DNA of 35,258 nucleotides from a virus (Duplodnaviria; Heunggongvirae; Uroviricota; Caudoviricetes): IMG/VR virus record IMGVR_UViG_3300045988_142641; one strand, 5' to 3'. Shown piece by piece: positions 8,646 to 17,419 of this stretch (position 1 is its first letter; each line of letters starts with the position of its first letter). The notes under the pieces were generated by a model. It saw only the letters and a program-made list of their open reading frames with translations, ran no database searches and was not told where the DNA came from. The position numbers and the translations under genes were made by a program.

Positions 8646-9785
8646 CTAGAGCTTATAAAGCTCAGTCAATCTAGCTTTTTCTTTGGCAAATTCTTCATCA
8701 AGGTTCGAGAAATCTGGAAGTGTAACCATTAAATCCTTAAGTTGATGAATAACATTCCAAGCATCGTAATGAATAAAGGGGTTTAAGCCAATTACGTTTC
8801 CCTCATCATTATTTTTAGATTTTCCTACACCACATAATTTGATGAATTTGTTGATTGCAGATGTTTCATTCCAGTCAGAAACAAAAAGAAGCAAGGCAGA
8901 AACAGCCAAAAGGGGATTGTTTTTTTTAACAGCGGATAACCCCCTGATCTTTCTGAAAAGAAATTCGTGATGTCTAGTTATTTTTTGTGCTATCCTTATC
9001 GTTGCTTCATATTTATCTTTAAGCAACCTTCTATCATAAACCTGATAACCTCGATCTCGTGCTACTAACCGATATGCTTGTTTAGTAAATATGGTGCTAT
9101 TCACAAGATTATAGAAAATAGCATTATCTTTATTGGTCATATCGATCATCAATGATGGGTATTTGAACCTTAAAGAACGATAAACTTCATCGTTTATATC
9201 AAACCAAGATTTATTTTTTCTCTCTTCATCGAAAATATATGTGTCTTCTCCTTTGCGGGAATACATGCTGGCTCTTACTAGGTTGATCATGTGAGGGCTG
9301 TAGTTAACAGAAAAAGTGCCTGATTGGCGTAATTCAGTAAACCACCGTCGCATGTTTCTAATATCTTCCTGATTGAACTCTTCATGTTCAATACCTCTAC
9401 ATACAAGCTCTCGAATTATACTTGTAATCTCAGAGCCGGAAGTGCCTAATTTTATAAAACCATCCTTTGAAGAATCTATTTGCTTATCATCGCCATTGTA
9501 ATGATCGCAAAATATTTTGTGCGCGTCTGTTCCGTCTTTTGTTCTAAACGAAAAATGAGATTGGCTAACTATTTTATTTGTTGTTTTCGAATAACCTTCT
9601 GAAACAACAATTGCACCGCTTACATTGCAAATTGGGCACTCTGCATCAAACGCAACAAATTCCTTGAAATCACTAAAATTAAGCACGTTATTTGATAAGT
9701 AAAGGTTTAACAATTGAACTATGTCCAATTCCTTTTTGAATGTACGAGAATAGACCGTAATTGCCATTTGCACTCCCTTCGTCAT
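8646..9785 (-). CDS. hypothetical protein (379 aa), AT-rich cargo gene
   Basis: Long AT-rich ORF. The SD (aggga) lies between the first and second in-frame ATG, so the true start may be the second Met at about 9767. Has CxxC and His/Cys clusters but no family I can name. Confidence 0.65.
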   Translation of the reverse strand: MTKGVQMAITVYSRTFKKELDIVQLLNLYLSNNVLNFSDFKEFVAFDAECPICNVSGAIVVSEGYSKTTNKIVSQSHFSFRTKDGTDAHKIFCDHYNGDDKQIDSSKDGFIKLGTSGSEITSIIRELVCRGIEHEEFNQEDIRNMRRWFTELRQSGTFSVNYSPHMINLVRASMYSRKGEDTYIFDEERKNKSWFDINDEVYRSLRFKYPSLMIDMTNKDNAIFYNLVNSTIFTKQAYRLVARDRGYQVYDRRLLKDKYEATIRIAQKITRHHEFLFRKIRGLSAVKKNNPLLAVSALLLFVSDWNETSAINKFIKLCGVGKSKNNDEGNVIGLNPFIHYDAWNVIHQLKDLMVTLPDFSNLDEEFAKEKARLTELYKL

Positions 9786-9877
9786 AAATTCAGTTTGTAT
9801 GAAATATTATCGCATAAAGATACTGATGAGCCAGTAATATAAATAGAAAATATTTTTTGTGGTTCAGCGACCTAGAC

Positions 9878-9986
9878 GTCCGCTACTGGCACAGAGCGGA
9901 CGATATCACTGAGCTGAAGGTCCGCTGAGAGCGAGGAACGGACATTACTAACAGCATTCTGTGTGAATCACCAGGGAGCAGGTCAG
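9878..9986. repeat. island-1 repeat R2: hairpin (9878-9901) plus 73-bp unit (9914-9986)
   Basis: gtccgct-actggcacag-agcggac hairpin, 21/24 identical to 11094-11117; followed by a unit about 82% identical to R1 (6945-7017). Confidence 0.7.
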
Positions 9987-10111
9987 CGCCACTACTCTAT
10001 ATAATCGCTAACGATGACAAGTATAATTATATAAGTCTTTGCCCTTAGCTTTTGGATAAAATTGTTGAAGTTTCACGAAAATAATGATAAACAAAAACAG
10101 TAGCAATAATT

Positions 10112-11056
10112 ATGGATTTAATTATGGAATGGAGATTTTTAGGTTCTCTATCAGAGGCCAGGAAATCTGGCTGTAGCGGAGTTTATCTTATTGTCCATAA
10201 AGGACTTTTCAGTCGTGTGGTTTACGTTGGGGTAAGTTGTAATGTAGGTAGAAGGATAACCGAACATTACGACGGTTATCTTAGAGGAAATCGAACAATT
10301 TACGACGCTGGTCACGACGAAGACGTTTATCGCTTCATGTCAGCTTATAAAATTCATAACCACACAAAATACTATCAAGCCTTGGCGAATGATTATAAGA
10401 TATGGGCATCTACCACAATGTATTCTGATTTGCCGAAAAACATGCTAGCAAAAAGCCAAACCTTTGATACTGATTGGCAGAGCATTGCATTAGAAAAATA
10501 TATTCCTCAACTGGTAGTATGGGCCCTTCCAATGGCAAAGTACTGTTATTTAAATGCAAGCAGGATTGAAAGTGTAATCCAATCAAAGCTCATTAAATCT
10601 TTTGATTTGAGAGGTTTTTTTAATATAAAGCAATTAAGCATATTGGGTAAAATTGAATATCCCTATATGGAAAAGGTCAAAGTTTTCATTATTAACACAC
10701 CTGATTTAGACCCGGCATCCCAGCTTATTTTTAGCAATCTATATAACAAAAAAACTGATAACAACTTCTGTAAAGAGTTCCGTTCACAATTTAAAAGCGA
10801 GATTTTTCAGAGGGAAAGTGAAACTCAGAGAAAGCGAACTATCAGGGAGCATAAGGTATCTCTTTATGAAAATTATGGCAAGCCTTGGACTTTAAAGGAA
10901 ATGGAAAAACTTAGAGTCATGCTTGTTGATTTTGATTTGTCCCCGATAGAAATATCTGAGTATCTAGGAAGAGAGCCGCGCTCTATATCTAAAAAAATAA
11001 GCGAAAATGATAAAGTTACTAATTATAAATGGCGAGAGAGCGTCGGCTGGTTGTGA
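10112..11056 (+). CDS. GIY-YIG nuclease-domain protein (314 aa), possible free-standing homing endonuclease or defence nuclease
   Basis: N-terminus SGVYLIVHKGLFSRVVYVGVSCNVGRRITEHYDG fits the GIY...YIG...R...EH pattern of GIY-YIG nucleases (UvrC/I-TevI family); C-terminal region is HTH-like (SPIEISEYLGREPRSISKKI). Start codon uncertain (10112 or 10124). Confidence 0.65.
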   Translation: MDLIMEWRFLGSLSEARKSGCSGVYLIVHKGLFSRVVYVGVSCNVGRRITEHYDGYLRGNRTIYDAGHDEDVYRFMSAYKIHNHTKYYQALANDYKIWASTTMYSDLPKNMLAKSQTFDTDWQSIALEKYIPQLVVWALPMAKYCYLNASRIESVIQSKLIKSFDLRGFFNIKQLSILGKIEYPYMEKVKVFIINTPDLDPASQLIFSNLYNKKTDNNFCKEFRSQFKSEIFQRESETQRKRTIREHKVSLYENYGKPWTLKEMEKLRVMLVDFDLSPIEISEYLGREPRSISKKISENDKVTNYKWRESVGWL

Positions 11057-11092
11057 CGTTACGTTTTGATTGAAATAACCCCCATTTTGCAA

Positions 11093-11143
11093 AGTCCGCT
11101 CTTGGCACAGAACGGACTGTCAGATTAGGCTTTACTCTGTGCC
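11093..11143. repeat. island-1 repeat R3 with nested inverted repeats; probable bidirectional terminator between the GIY-YIG ORF and G
   Basis: agtccg...cggact stem (11093-11118) is homologous to the R2 hairpin; a second inverted repeat ggcacaga (11104-11111) / tctgtgcc (11136-11143). Confidence 0.55.
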
Positions 11144-11178
11144 ATAGATATGTAAGCTCACACCAGAGCTCATACAAC

Positions 11179-11706
11179 TTATTGCGGCATTTCCGGCCAT
11201 TCGGGATTTGCAGGATCCACACGACTGACCAGAACGCTGTAGCGTTCCCATGCTTCCAGTCGGCTGCGTTCCTCATCCGTCGCCATATTCAGCCTGACAG
11301 CGCGTTCCAGCGGCAAAATCACGGATTCAGCTTCGGAAAGTAAAGCTGCCTTTTGTGATTCTGCCTGTTGCTCCTGTTCATCTGCCGTATAAATCCGCTT
11401 AATCACGGCACCATCCTTAAACATCCATTTACCTGAGTCATCAGCACGTCGGTTGGAGGTAATATCAGGAACCTCGACAACGCTGAAACCTTCAGGGTTA
11501 AGCGTTGAAGCATCTCTGGTGATGCCGACAATTATATTATTCTCGTCGTAAACAATCTTTATCGTGTCTTCCTGAAAATTACTTACTTCCTCATACCAGT
11601 TTTTTCCCTCTTCGGACCATAACCAGATAACATCAAAATCTTTTGTCAGTTGATATTGGGCAACAGTTTTTGGATTACCCGCAGTAATATTTTTTAAATG
11701 CTGCAT
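11179..11706 (-). CDS. G: tail fibre assembly protein G (175 aa)
   Basis: 175-aa ORF immediately downstream of H; P2 synteny and size. Confidence 0.85.
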   Translation of the reverse strand: MQHLKNITAGNPKTVAQYQLTKDFDVIWLWSEEGKNWYEEVSNFQEDTIKIVYDENNIIVGITRDASTLNPEGFSVVEVPDITSNRRADDSGKWMFKDGAVIKRIYTADEQEQQAESQKAALLSEAESVILPLERAVRLNMATDEERSRLEAWERYSVLVSRVDPANPEWPEMPQ

Positions 11707-11709
11707 AAA

Positions 11710-13755
11710 TTACACCTGTGCGACGTTATACCATGTGCCATTGATGTATTTTTGTATTGGCCTGAATACTGCGGGGTCATCACCATCGACTTCACCGACA
11801 ATACCAAGCCCGGTAATTACGTGCCCTGCTTTCTCATACATCACCCCTTTCTGCATGGTCTGGACAACACGTGTGCCAAGTCTGATATCTCTCACATAGC
11901 GGGAATCAAAGTTACCGTAATCCGAGGGATTAACACGCCCCGTAATATTTATGGTCTTATTACTTTGAATGCTTCCGGAAACAAAGCGCATAACATGGAC
12001 GTTATTAGCATAAACATCCAGATTACCATCGCCATTTTGTTTAAATCCGGTGTCGTTATCACCAAGAACAATAGAGTTCCCACCCAACGCGTTATTCGTG
12101 CCAAGTGCCAGCCCGCCATCAATCCTGGCACCATTACCAACAGACACAACTCCTGTTCTTAAGTTGATGCCGAATGGCCTTAATGGCCCAATATCTCCAT
12201 TTTCACCCTCATTTTCTCGTGTAGGAATGATATACAGGTTTTCTTCAGAACGGCGAAAAATAGCCCCAAAAGATGAATTAAATATCCTCAGTGCATTGAC
12301 TGTAGATATTTTTACTTCACTGCTGAAAAGGGCTTTAACAAGAACATACAGAGCATCCCATTTAAGATTCATCAGGTCTTTTGTTGTGGTGCTCTGGCGA
12401 CTTCTCCATTTGAAATATTCATTGCCGTTGTCACCTGTTTCAAACCACATATATGAATCAGTATCGCTGTCGGCATCATTTTTAAATCCAATCTTTGCCC
12501 AGTCAGTATTTCGAATCCAGGCAAGGATTGAGTCGTTTTCAAAAGTAAGCCCACCGGACAAGGTATCGCCATTCTTTTGCACCGCGTTCCTGGCCCTGTT
12601 TACCGTTTCCTGCAAACCGAGGTATTCGATAACGGCAGTAACGGTCGCTTTAGCCAGAATATCCCGTCCGACTTTTGTCAGGGTTGCCAGGCTGGCAACA
12701 TCATTCCCCGTAAAATACGGAAACCTGTCTGCCGCAGTAGCAAGCCCCGCCAGCGCCGTCAAAGTGGCATCTTTCGGTTGCTTACCCGCAAGCGCATTAG
12801 TCATGGTGGTAGCAAAATTCGGGTCATTGCCCAGCGCCGCCGCCAGCTCGTTCAGCGTATTCAGTGCGTCAGGCGACGAGTCTACAAGGGCGGCAATCGC
12901 GGCCATAACGAAAGCCGTGTTTGCGATCTGAGTATTATTCGTTCCCTGTCGCGCAGTTGGCGTCGTTGGCGTTCCGGTCAGTGCAGGGCTGTTTAATGGC
13001 GCTTTCTTGTTCGTTTCATCCATTACCGTCTTAACGGCTTTTGGTGTTGCGGCGAGCGTCTCAGACATGCTGTTGGTCGCACTACTTAGCTGGACAAGAC
13101 CTTTTCGCGCTGTGGTAGCGTCCTGTGCGGTATATTTCCCGTTAGCAAGGTCATATGCGGCCTTAACCGCTTTCGGCGTTGCGGCCAGTGTTTCAGACGT
13201 GCTGTTGGTCGCATTGCTTAACTGAGTAAAACCTTTTGCGGTCAGCGAGGCGTCCGGGTGACGTCGTGACTGTTCATGCTCTGCAATTTTGTCATCAACG
13301 TAATCCTGCGTCGCCATCACCGTTGTGGTGTCAATGGTCAGCTCCACTGAGGCCACACTGCTGACGATGATGACCATGCGGCAGGTCTGCGAACGCCCTG
13401 AGCCTTCGGCAAGGGTAGGTTTATAACTTTCGGCCATGTTCGCCACGGCAATTAACGTTCCCGCATCATCGTACAGGCCAAGCTCTCGCATCCAGAAACC
13501 GCCCACCTCCGGCGGAATAACCAGCTCTGCGATAATATAATTACTGTTTCGTTTGTCCTGGCTGATTTTATTCAGCGCATGTCGCCAGACTTCATGGATA
13601 AGCCCGGTCTGTCCGGCATCCGGGACAGGCAATTTACCACCGCCATCCCCGACGGCCATCGTGGTAATGTTGACCTTCCGCCCTCCCGGTGCGGTTGCCG
13701 CTGCCAGCTTTGCTGCACCGGCAGTGGTGATAACGGTTCTGAATTTTGTGCTCAT
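11710..13755 (-). CDS. H: tail fibre protein H (681 aa)
   Basis: N-terminus MSTKFRTVITTAGAAKLAAATAPGGRKVNITTMAVGDGGGK... is the conserved P2-type fibre N-terminal domain; internal SETLAATPKAVK repeats. Confidence 0.9.
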   Translation of the reverse strand: MSTKFRTVITTAGAAKLAAATAPGGRKVNITTMAVGDGGGKLPVPDAGQTGLIHEVWRHALNKISQDKRNSNYIIAELVIPPEVGGFWMRELGLYDDAGTLIAVANMAESYKPTLAEGSGRSQTCRMVIIVSSVASVELTIDTTTVMATQDYVDDKIAEHEQSRRHPDASLTAKGFTQLSNATNSTSETLAATPKAVKAAYDLANGKYTAQDATTARKGLVQLSSATNSMSETLAATPKAVKTVMDETNKKAPLNSPALTGTPTTPTARQGTNNTQIANTAFVMAAIAALVDSSPDALNTLNELAAALGNDPNFATTMTNALAGKQPKDATLTALAGLATAADRFPYFTGNDVASLATLTKVGRDILAKATVTAVIEYLGLQETVNRARNAVQKNGDTLSGGLTFENDSILAWIRNTDWAKIGFKNDADSDTDSYMWFETGDNGNEYFKWRSRQSTTTKDLMNLKWDALYVLVKALFSSEVKISTVNALRIFNSSFGAIFRRSEENLYIIPTRENEGENGDIGPLRPFGINLRTGVVSVGNGARIDGGLALGTNNALGGNSIVLGDNDTGFKQNGDGNLDVYANNVHVMRFVSGSIQSNKTINITGRVNPSDYGNFDSRYVRDIRLGTRVVQTMQKGVMYEKAGHVITGLGIVGEVDGDDPAVFRPIQKYINGTWYNVAQV
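13027..13245. repeat. tandem ~85-bp duplication inside the tail fibre gene (about 130 bp period)
   Basis: Two imperfect copies of the block gttgcggc(g/c)ag(c/t)gt(c/t)tcagac(a/g)tgctgttggtcgca, encoding the repeated ...QLS(N/S)ATNS(T/M)SETLAATPKAVK... motif. Confidence 0.7.
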
Positions 13756-13765
13756 TATTCCTCAC

Positions 13766-14296
13766 TTATCCGGGGTAAACCGTAATTACATCGCCGTCAT
13801 AAGCCACACCACCGGCGAACAGGTAGCCGGGAATGTCCCGGGTAATGTTCAGGCCAATAAGGTGGCGGCTTGCAGGTTTGGCATCAGCAATCAGCCGTTC
13901 CATTTCCTGATACATTGCCTCTGTGATACCGCTTTCCAGTACACCAATATCAAGCCGGAAGGTGCCGGGCGGGTCACTGTTTTCCCACCACTCCGTCACG
14001 TTGATGAGATAGCCGAGCGGCTCCACCACGCGTCGGATTGCACCTATAGTGCCTTTATGACAGTGGATGAAATACGCATCGCGGATAACGGCGCGTTTGG
14101 TCGCTTCCGGCCACTTTTCATCCCATCTGTCGACCGAAAACGCCCACGCCAGCCAAGGCAGCAGATTTGCCGGACAGGTGTCCGGGTTCCACAGCTCACG
14201 AATACTGACCGGCGTTTTTTCAATTTCCGCACAGGCTTTTGCGGCGGCAACTTCAAGCGGTGATGAGCCGGTCGGCAGCAGTCGCGAATCACTCAT
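13766..14296 (-). CDS. I: baseplate protein I (176 aa)
   Basis: 176 aa; overlaps J stop; P2 synteny and size. Confidence 0.85.
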   Translation of the reverse strand: MSDSRLLPTGSSPLEVAAAKACAEIEKTPVSIRELWNPDTCPANLLPWLAWAFSVDRWDEKWPEATKRAVIRDAYFIHCHKGTIGAIRRVVEPLGYLINVTEWWENSDPPGTFRLDIGVLESGITEAMYQEMERLIADAKPASRHLIGLNITRDIPGYLFAGGVAYDGDVITVYPG

Positions 14297-15197
14297 CCGA
14301 GCCTCCGGTCACGACGCGGTATTCGGTACAGAAAGACGCCTGCGTACTGTTGAGCACGATGTCGGCCAGTGGTGCGGCCAGCTCGACACGCTGCACGCCT
14401 TCCACATGCAAAGCGGCATAAATGGCAGACAGACGGATGTCGCGCCCCAGCCGGTGCTGTGCAGTGATATACGCTTCCAGTTTTTTCACGGCGGCAGCGC
14501 GAATGGGTTCGCTTTCGGGACCAGGGTAAAGATACAGCGTGGCGTTTATCTGGTATTCAACGATGGCGGCAGACTGCACGGTCACGCGGTCGGCCACCGG
14601 TCTGACGTCCTCGCCATTAAGGGCGTTACGCACCACGGCCAGCAGGTCTTCGGATGCGACGCCGTTATTTTCACGTGACAGCACAGAGATAGTGACGCAG
14701 GCCGGAGACGGACTGGTGACAGAGATATCCGCGACACGCCCGTCGGCACTGCGGCCATGATACTGATAGGCTCCCACTGACCCGGCGACGCTTAAGCCTT
14801 CAAACGCCTGCTGAATACGCAGACGATAATCGGTGTCAGATTCCATCACTGCCGGTGTCGGCGGGATGGTCGAATCATCCGCCGGGGTGATAATCAGGCG
14901 TGTGGTGTTGTAATTGGCACCAATCACATCAAGGTCATTACCGGCAGCACAGGCCAGCATCACCGCCCGTGCGGCCTCATTCACACGCTGGCGCCAGATA
15001 AGCTCACGATAAGCATTTTCTTCCAGCAGTTTGACGAGAGGCTCAGATTCCAGTGTCAGGGTACGGGCGACCGCCTCCTGCTGGTCTTCCGGGTAAAGGG
15101 AAATCAGTGTCGCCTTGCGTTCGGCAAGAATGGTTTCAAAGTCCAGCTCCTCGACCACATCCGGTGCGGGTAGCTGGTTCAGGTCGATAATCGGCAT
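14289..15197 (-). CDS. J: baseplate protein J (302 aa)
   Basis: 302 aa; P2 synteny and size. Confidence 0.85.
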   Translation of the reverse strand: MPIIDLNQLPAPDVVEELDFETILAERKATLISLYPEDQQEAVARTLTLESEPLVKLLEENAYRELIWRQRVNEAARAVMLACAAGNDLDVIGANYNTTRLIITPADDSTIPPTPAVMESDTDYRLRIQQAFEGLSVAGSVGAYQYHGRSADGRVADISVTSPSPACVTISVLSRENNGVASEDLLAVVRNALNGEDVRPVADRVTVQSAAIVEYQINATLYLYPGPESEPIRAAAVKKLEAYITAQHRLGRDIRLSAIYAALHVEGVQRVELAAPLADIVLNSTQASFCTEYRVVTGGSDE

Positions 15198-15201
15198 GAT
15201 T

Positions 15202-15549
15202 TCAACTCACAGGGATGGTTAACGAAAGTGGCTGGCCGGTGTCGTTGTGCTGACCGGTTAACGTGACCGTCATTCGCCCGTCAAAACTGCGCGCCGTGGT
15301 GACGGATGACAGGGTGACGCGGGGTTCCCATTTCAGCACGGCCATGTAACAGGCGACCTTAATCTGCAACTCAAGCGCCGGGGTCTGCGGCTGGTCAATC
15401 ATTGACGCCAGCAACGAGCCGTAATCACGACGCATCACCCGTGAGCCGACCGGTGTGCGCAGGATATCGCCGATACTCTGGCTGATATGCTCAAGGTCAG
15501 TGACAGTCAGGCCATCACTGCGATTCATTCCGAGATAACGCGCTGTCAT
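15202..15549 (-). CDS. W: baseplate protein W (115 aa)
   Basis: 115 aa; P2 synteny and size. Confidence 0.85.
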   Translation of the reverse strand: MTARYLGMNRSDGLTVTDLEHISQSIGDILRTPVGSRVMRRDYGSLLASMIDQPQTPALELQIKVACYMAVLKWEPRVTLSSVTTARSFDGRMTVTLTGQHNDTGQPLSLTIPVS

Positions 15550-16187
15550 TTTGTCCCCTGTGTCCAGTTGTCTCCTGACTTAACACCACCGTGACCGTGG
15601 TCATCCACCTGAACGCCGTTAGACGTGAATTTCCCGTCGGTATGCGCGATGTTGCCGTGCATCTTCCCGCCCTTCTGCACTTCCAGCGTGCCGGTAATCA
15701 GCTTGTTGGTGCAGACCACTTCCGGTGTGTTCAGGGTGATGCGGGTTGATGCTTTCACCGTGACCACCGGCACCGTGGCAGTAACAGAATCAGAAGCCGT
15801 CACGCTGGCCGTTTTAATTCCGCTTACCGTGAGTGCACTGGTTTCGGGTTCATACTCAATCACCGCCCCATCAGGGAAACGGATATGCACGGCATCCGCC
15901 GACGCAGACGGCGGAGGGTTATCGCCGGAATAAATCCCCGGCAGAACGAACGCCGTGTCGAGTTCACCACCCACGGCCAGAATCAGCACCTGTTCCCCCA
16001 CGGAAGGTGCCCACCATGTGCGCGAACGTCCGGCACGATGGGTCAGCCACTGAAGCCAGTCGGTGCACATGCCACCGGTCTGCACACGGCAGCGACCGGC
16101 TTTAAGGTCGGTTTCGACGATAATGCCAGGGCGTATCATGTTGCGCAGTACGCGCCCGAGTTCCTGAATATTTGCGAGAGTGTTCAT
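15546..16187 (-). CDS. V: baseplate spike protein V (213 aa)
   Basis: 213 aa; first gene of the V-W-J-I-H-G operon; ATGA overlap with W. Confidence 0.85.
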   Translation of the reverse strand: MNTLANIQELGRVLRNMIRPGIIVETDLKAGRCRVQTGGMCTDWLQWLTHRAGRSRTWWAPSVGEQVLILAVGGELDTAFVLPGIYSGDNPPPSASADAVHIRFPDGAVIEYEPETSALTVSGIKTASVTASDSVTATVPVVTVKASTRITLNTPEVVCTNKLITGTLEVQKGGKMHGNIAHTDGKFTSNGVQVDDHGHGGVKSGDNWTQGTK

Positions 16188-16253
16188 AACGGGAAGGATG
16201 CCGCCGGGTCATACCGGCGGCAATGTAACGATGAGGTGTCGGGAATGGCACAA

Positions 16254-16706
16254 CTAACGGTCGAGGTGAGCCAGGATAATCTCTTCAATCATCTGCACAT
16301 CCTCACCGGTAAAGCCGAGCAGAGGACGCGCCGGATAATCAATTTTCTTACCGTCTTTCCGGGTTTCTTCCGACAGACCGAACTGATGCACACTGGCTAT
16401 TTTCGGTGACTTCCCGCCGTAAAACTCCATTGATGCCTGTTCAGGGCTGGCGCGGATATGCAAAAAACGACTGGTGATAAGTTTCGCAAACATTTTTCGC
16501 TTAACACGGCCAGTCTTTTTTCTGGCGCTCTGCTGCTGGCGTGGCGCATAGGGTGTGCCGTCCGGGGCTTGCTGTGCCATCACCCGACGCTGCTGACTCT
16601 GCCGCAGGCGCTTCGCCAGTTCGGCGCTCAGTCTCCGACGCCCTGACGGTGACAACGATTCAGTCAGTCCGGTCAGCCGGTCTTCAAAACGCTTAAACTC
16701 ATTCAT
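16254..16706 (-). CDS. S: tail completion protein S (150 aa)
   Basis: 150 aa; P2 synteny and size. Confidence 0.85.
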   Translation of the reverse strand: MNEFKRFEDRLTGLTESLSPSGRRRLSAELAKRLRQSQQRRVMAQQAPDGTPYAPRQQQSARKKTGRVKRKMFAKLITSRFLHIRASPEQASMEFYGGKSPKIASVHQFGLSEETRKDGKKIDYPARPLLGFTGEDVQMIEEIILAHLDR

Positions 16707-17166
16707 CCCACTTGCTCACCAGTTCGCCATTGATATAAAGCTCCATCGGGCGGGTGACCGGCTCCGGCGGCGTGGGTTCCGGGATATTCTTCACATGCAG
16801 CGCACCGTCCACCTCACTGACCAGCGTGCGCTCGGTCAGCATCAGGCTGATACTGATATCAAAGCTGCTGTCATTGTTGATGTCTGCATAAAACGTGAAG
16901 CCCTTTTTCTGGCCTTCGTCAGTGGTCATGATGTCGGGCTGATTTTCCCGCAGCCACGCCAGCACCGGCACAATGAGCAGGTCAAAATCACCGGTAAAGT
17001 CGGTCACAATCACATTGAGCGTGTAACGCTTTTCGAATGACAACGACGTCGCCAGTGTGGAGGCAATACTCCCGTTATCCACGAATATCCGCAGCATCTC
17101 GGGGCTGGTTTTCAGCACCGTGACGGCATCAGTCAGTGCCCTGCGCAGGCTGTCGGGTTTGAGCAT
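16699..17166 (-). CDS. R: tail completion protein R (155 aa)
   Basis: 155 aa; P2 synteny and size. Confidence 0.85.
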   Translation of the reverse strand: MLKPDSLRRALTDAVTVLKTSPEMLRIFVDNGSIASTLATSLSFEKRYTLNVIVTDFTGDFDLLIVPVLAWLRENQPDIMTTDEGQKKGFTFYADINNDSSFDISISLMLTERTLVSEVDGALHVKNIPEPTPPEPVTRPMELYINGELVSKWDE

Positions 17167-17419
17167 CGTTTTCGTCCTGACAGTGTTTAATCATTTTTAC
17201 CTGGCTGGCACAGCGTGCCAGCGCGTTCTCAAGCTGCCGGATATCGGCACTTAAATCGCCGTTCGTCTCCGGGTCACTGCCCGGCATCGGGCAAAGACTC
17301 ACTTTTGGGCAGGCGTTGGCGACAATCACTGGCGTCAGTGCAGGCGGGGCGCTGGTGCAACCGGCGCACAGCATCAGGCAGGTCAGCACCGTACCAGCGG
17401 CGAAAATCTTCGTTTTCAT
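17129..17419 (-). CDS. lysC: LysC outer-membrane spanin (o-spanin, 96 aa), embedded out of frame in lysB
   Basis: Internal Met gives MKTKIFAAGTVLTCLMLCAGCTSAPPALTP..., a signal-peptide-like hydrophobic N-terminus with a Cys cluster and Pro-rich segment; in the +1 frame inside the lysB 3' half, as for Rz1-type spanins. Confidence 0.65.
   Translation of the reverse strand: MKTKIFAAGTVLTCLMLCAGCTSAPPALTPVIVANACPKVSLCPMPGSDPETNGDLSADIRQLENALARCASQVKMIKHCQDENDAQTRQPAQGTD

Noticed and set aside
6945-11143. Considered whether the R1/R2/R3 repeats could be a CRISPR array or retron msr/msd
   Set aside because: Only three imperfect copies with irregular spacing of ~3 kb and ~1.1 kb, with protein-coding genes in between; no cas genes and no reverse transcriptase in the window.
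11179-13755. Possible invertible tail-fibre host-range switch (Gin/Cin-type)
   Set aside because: No serine invertase gene and no flanking inverted-repeat crossover sites around the H/G region; the repeats present are direct, internal to H.
12050-14678. Plus-strand ORFs (293, 139, 236 and 203 aa) overlapping H, I and J
   Set aside because: Antisense to syntenic, size-matched tail fibre and baseplate genes; Arg/Ser/Pro-rich translations typical of GC-rich antisense frames.
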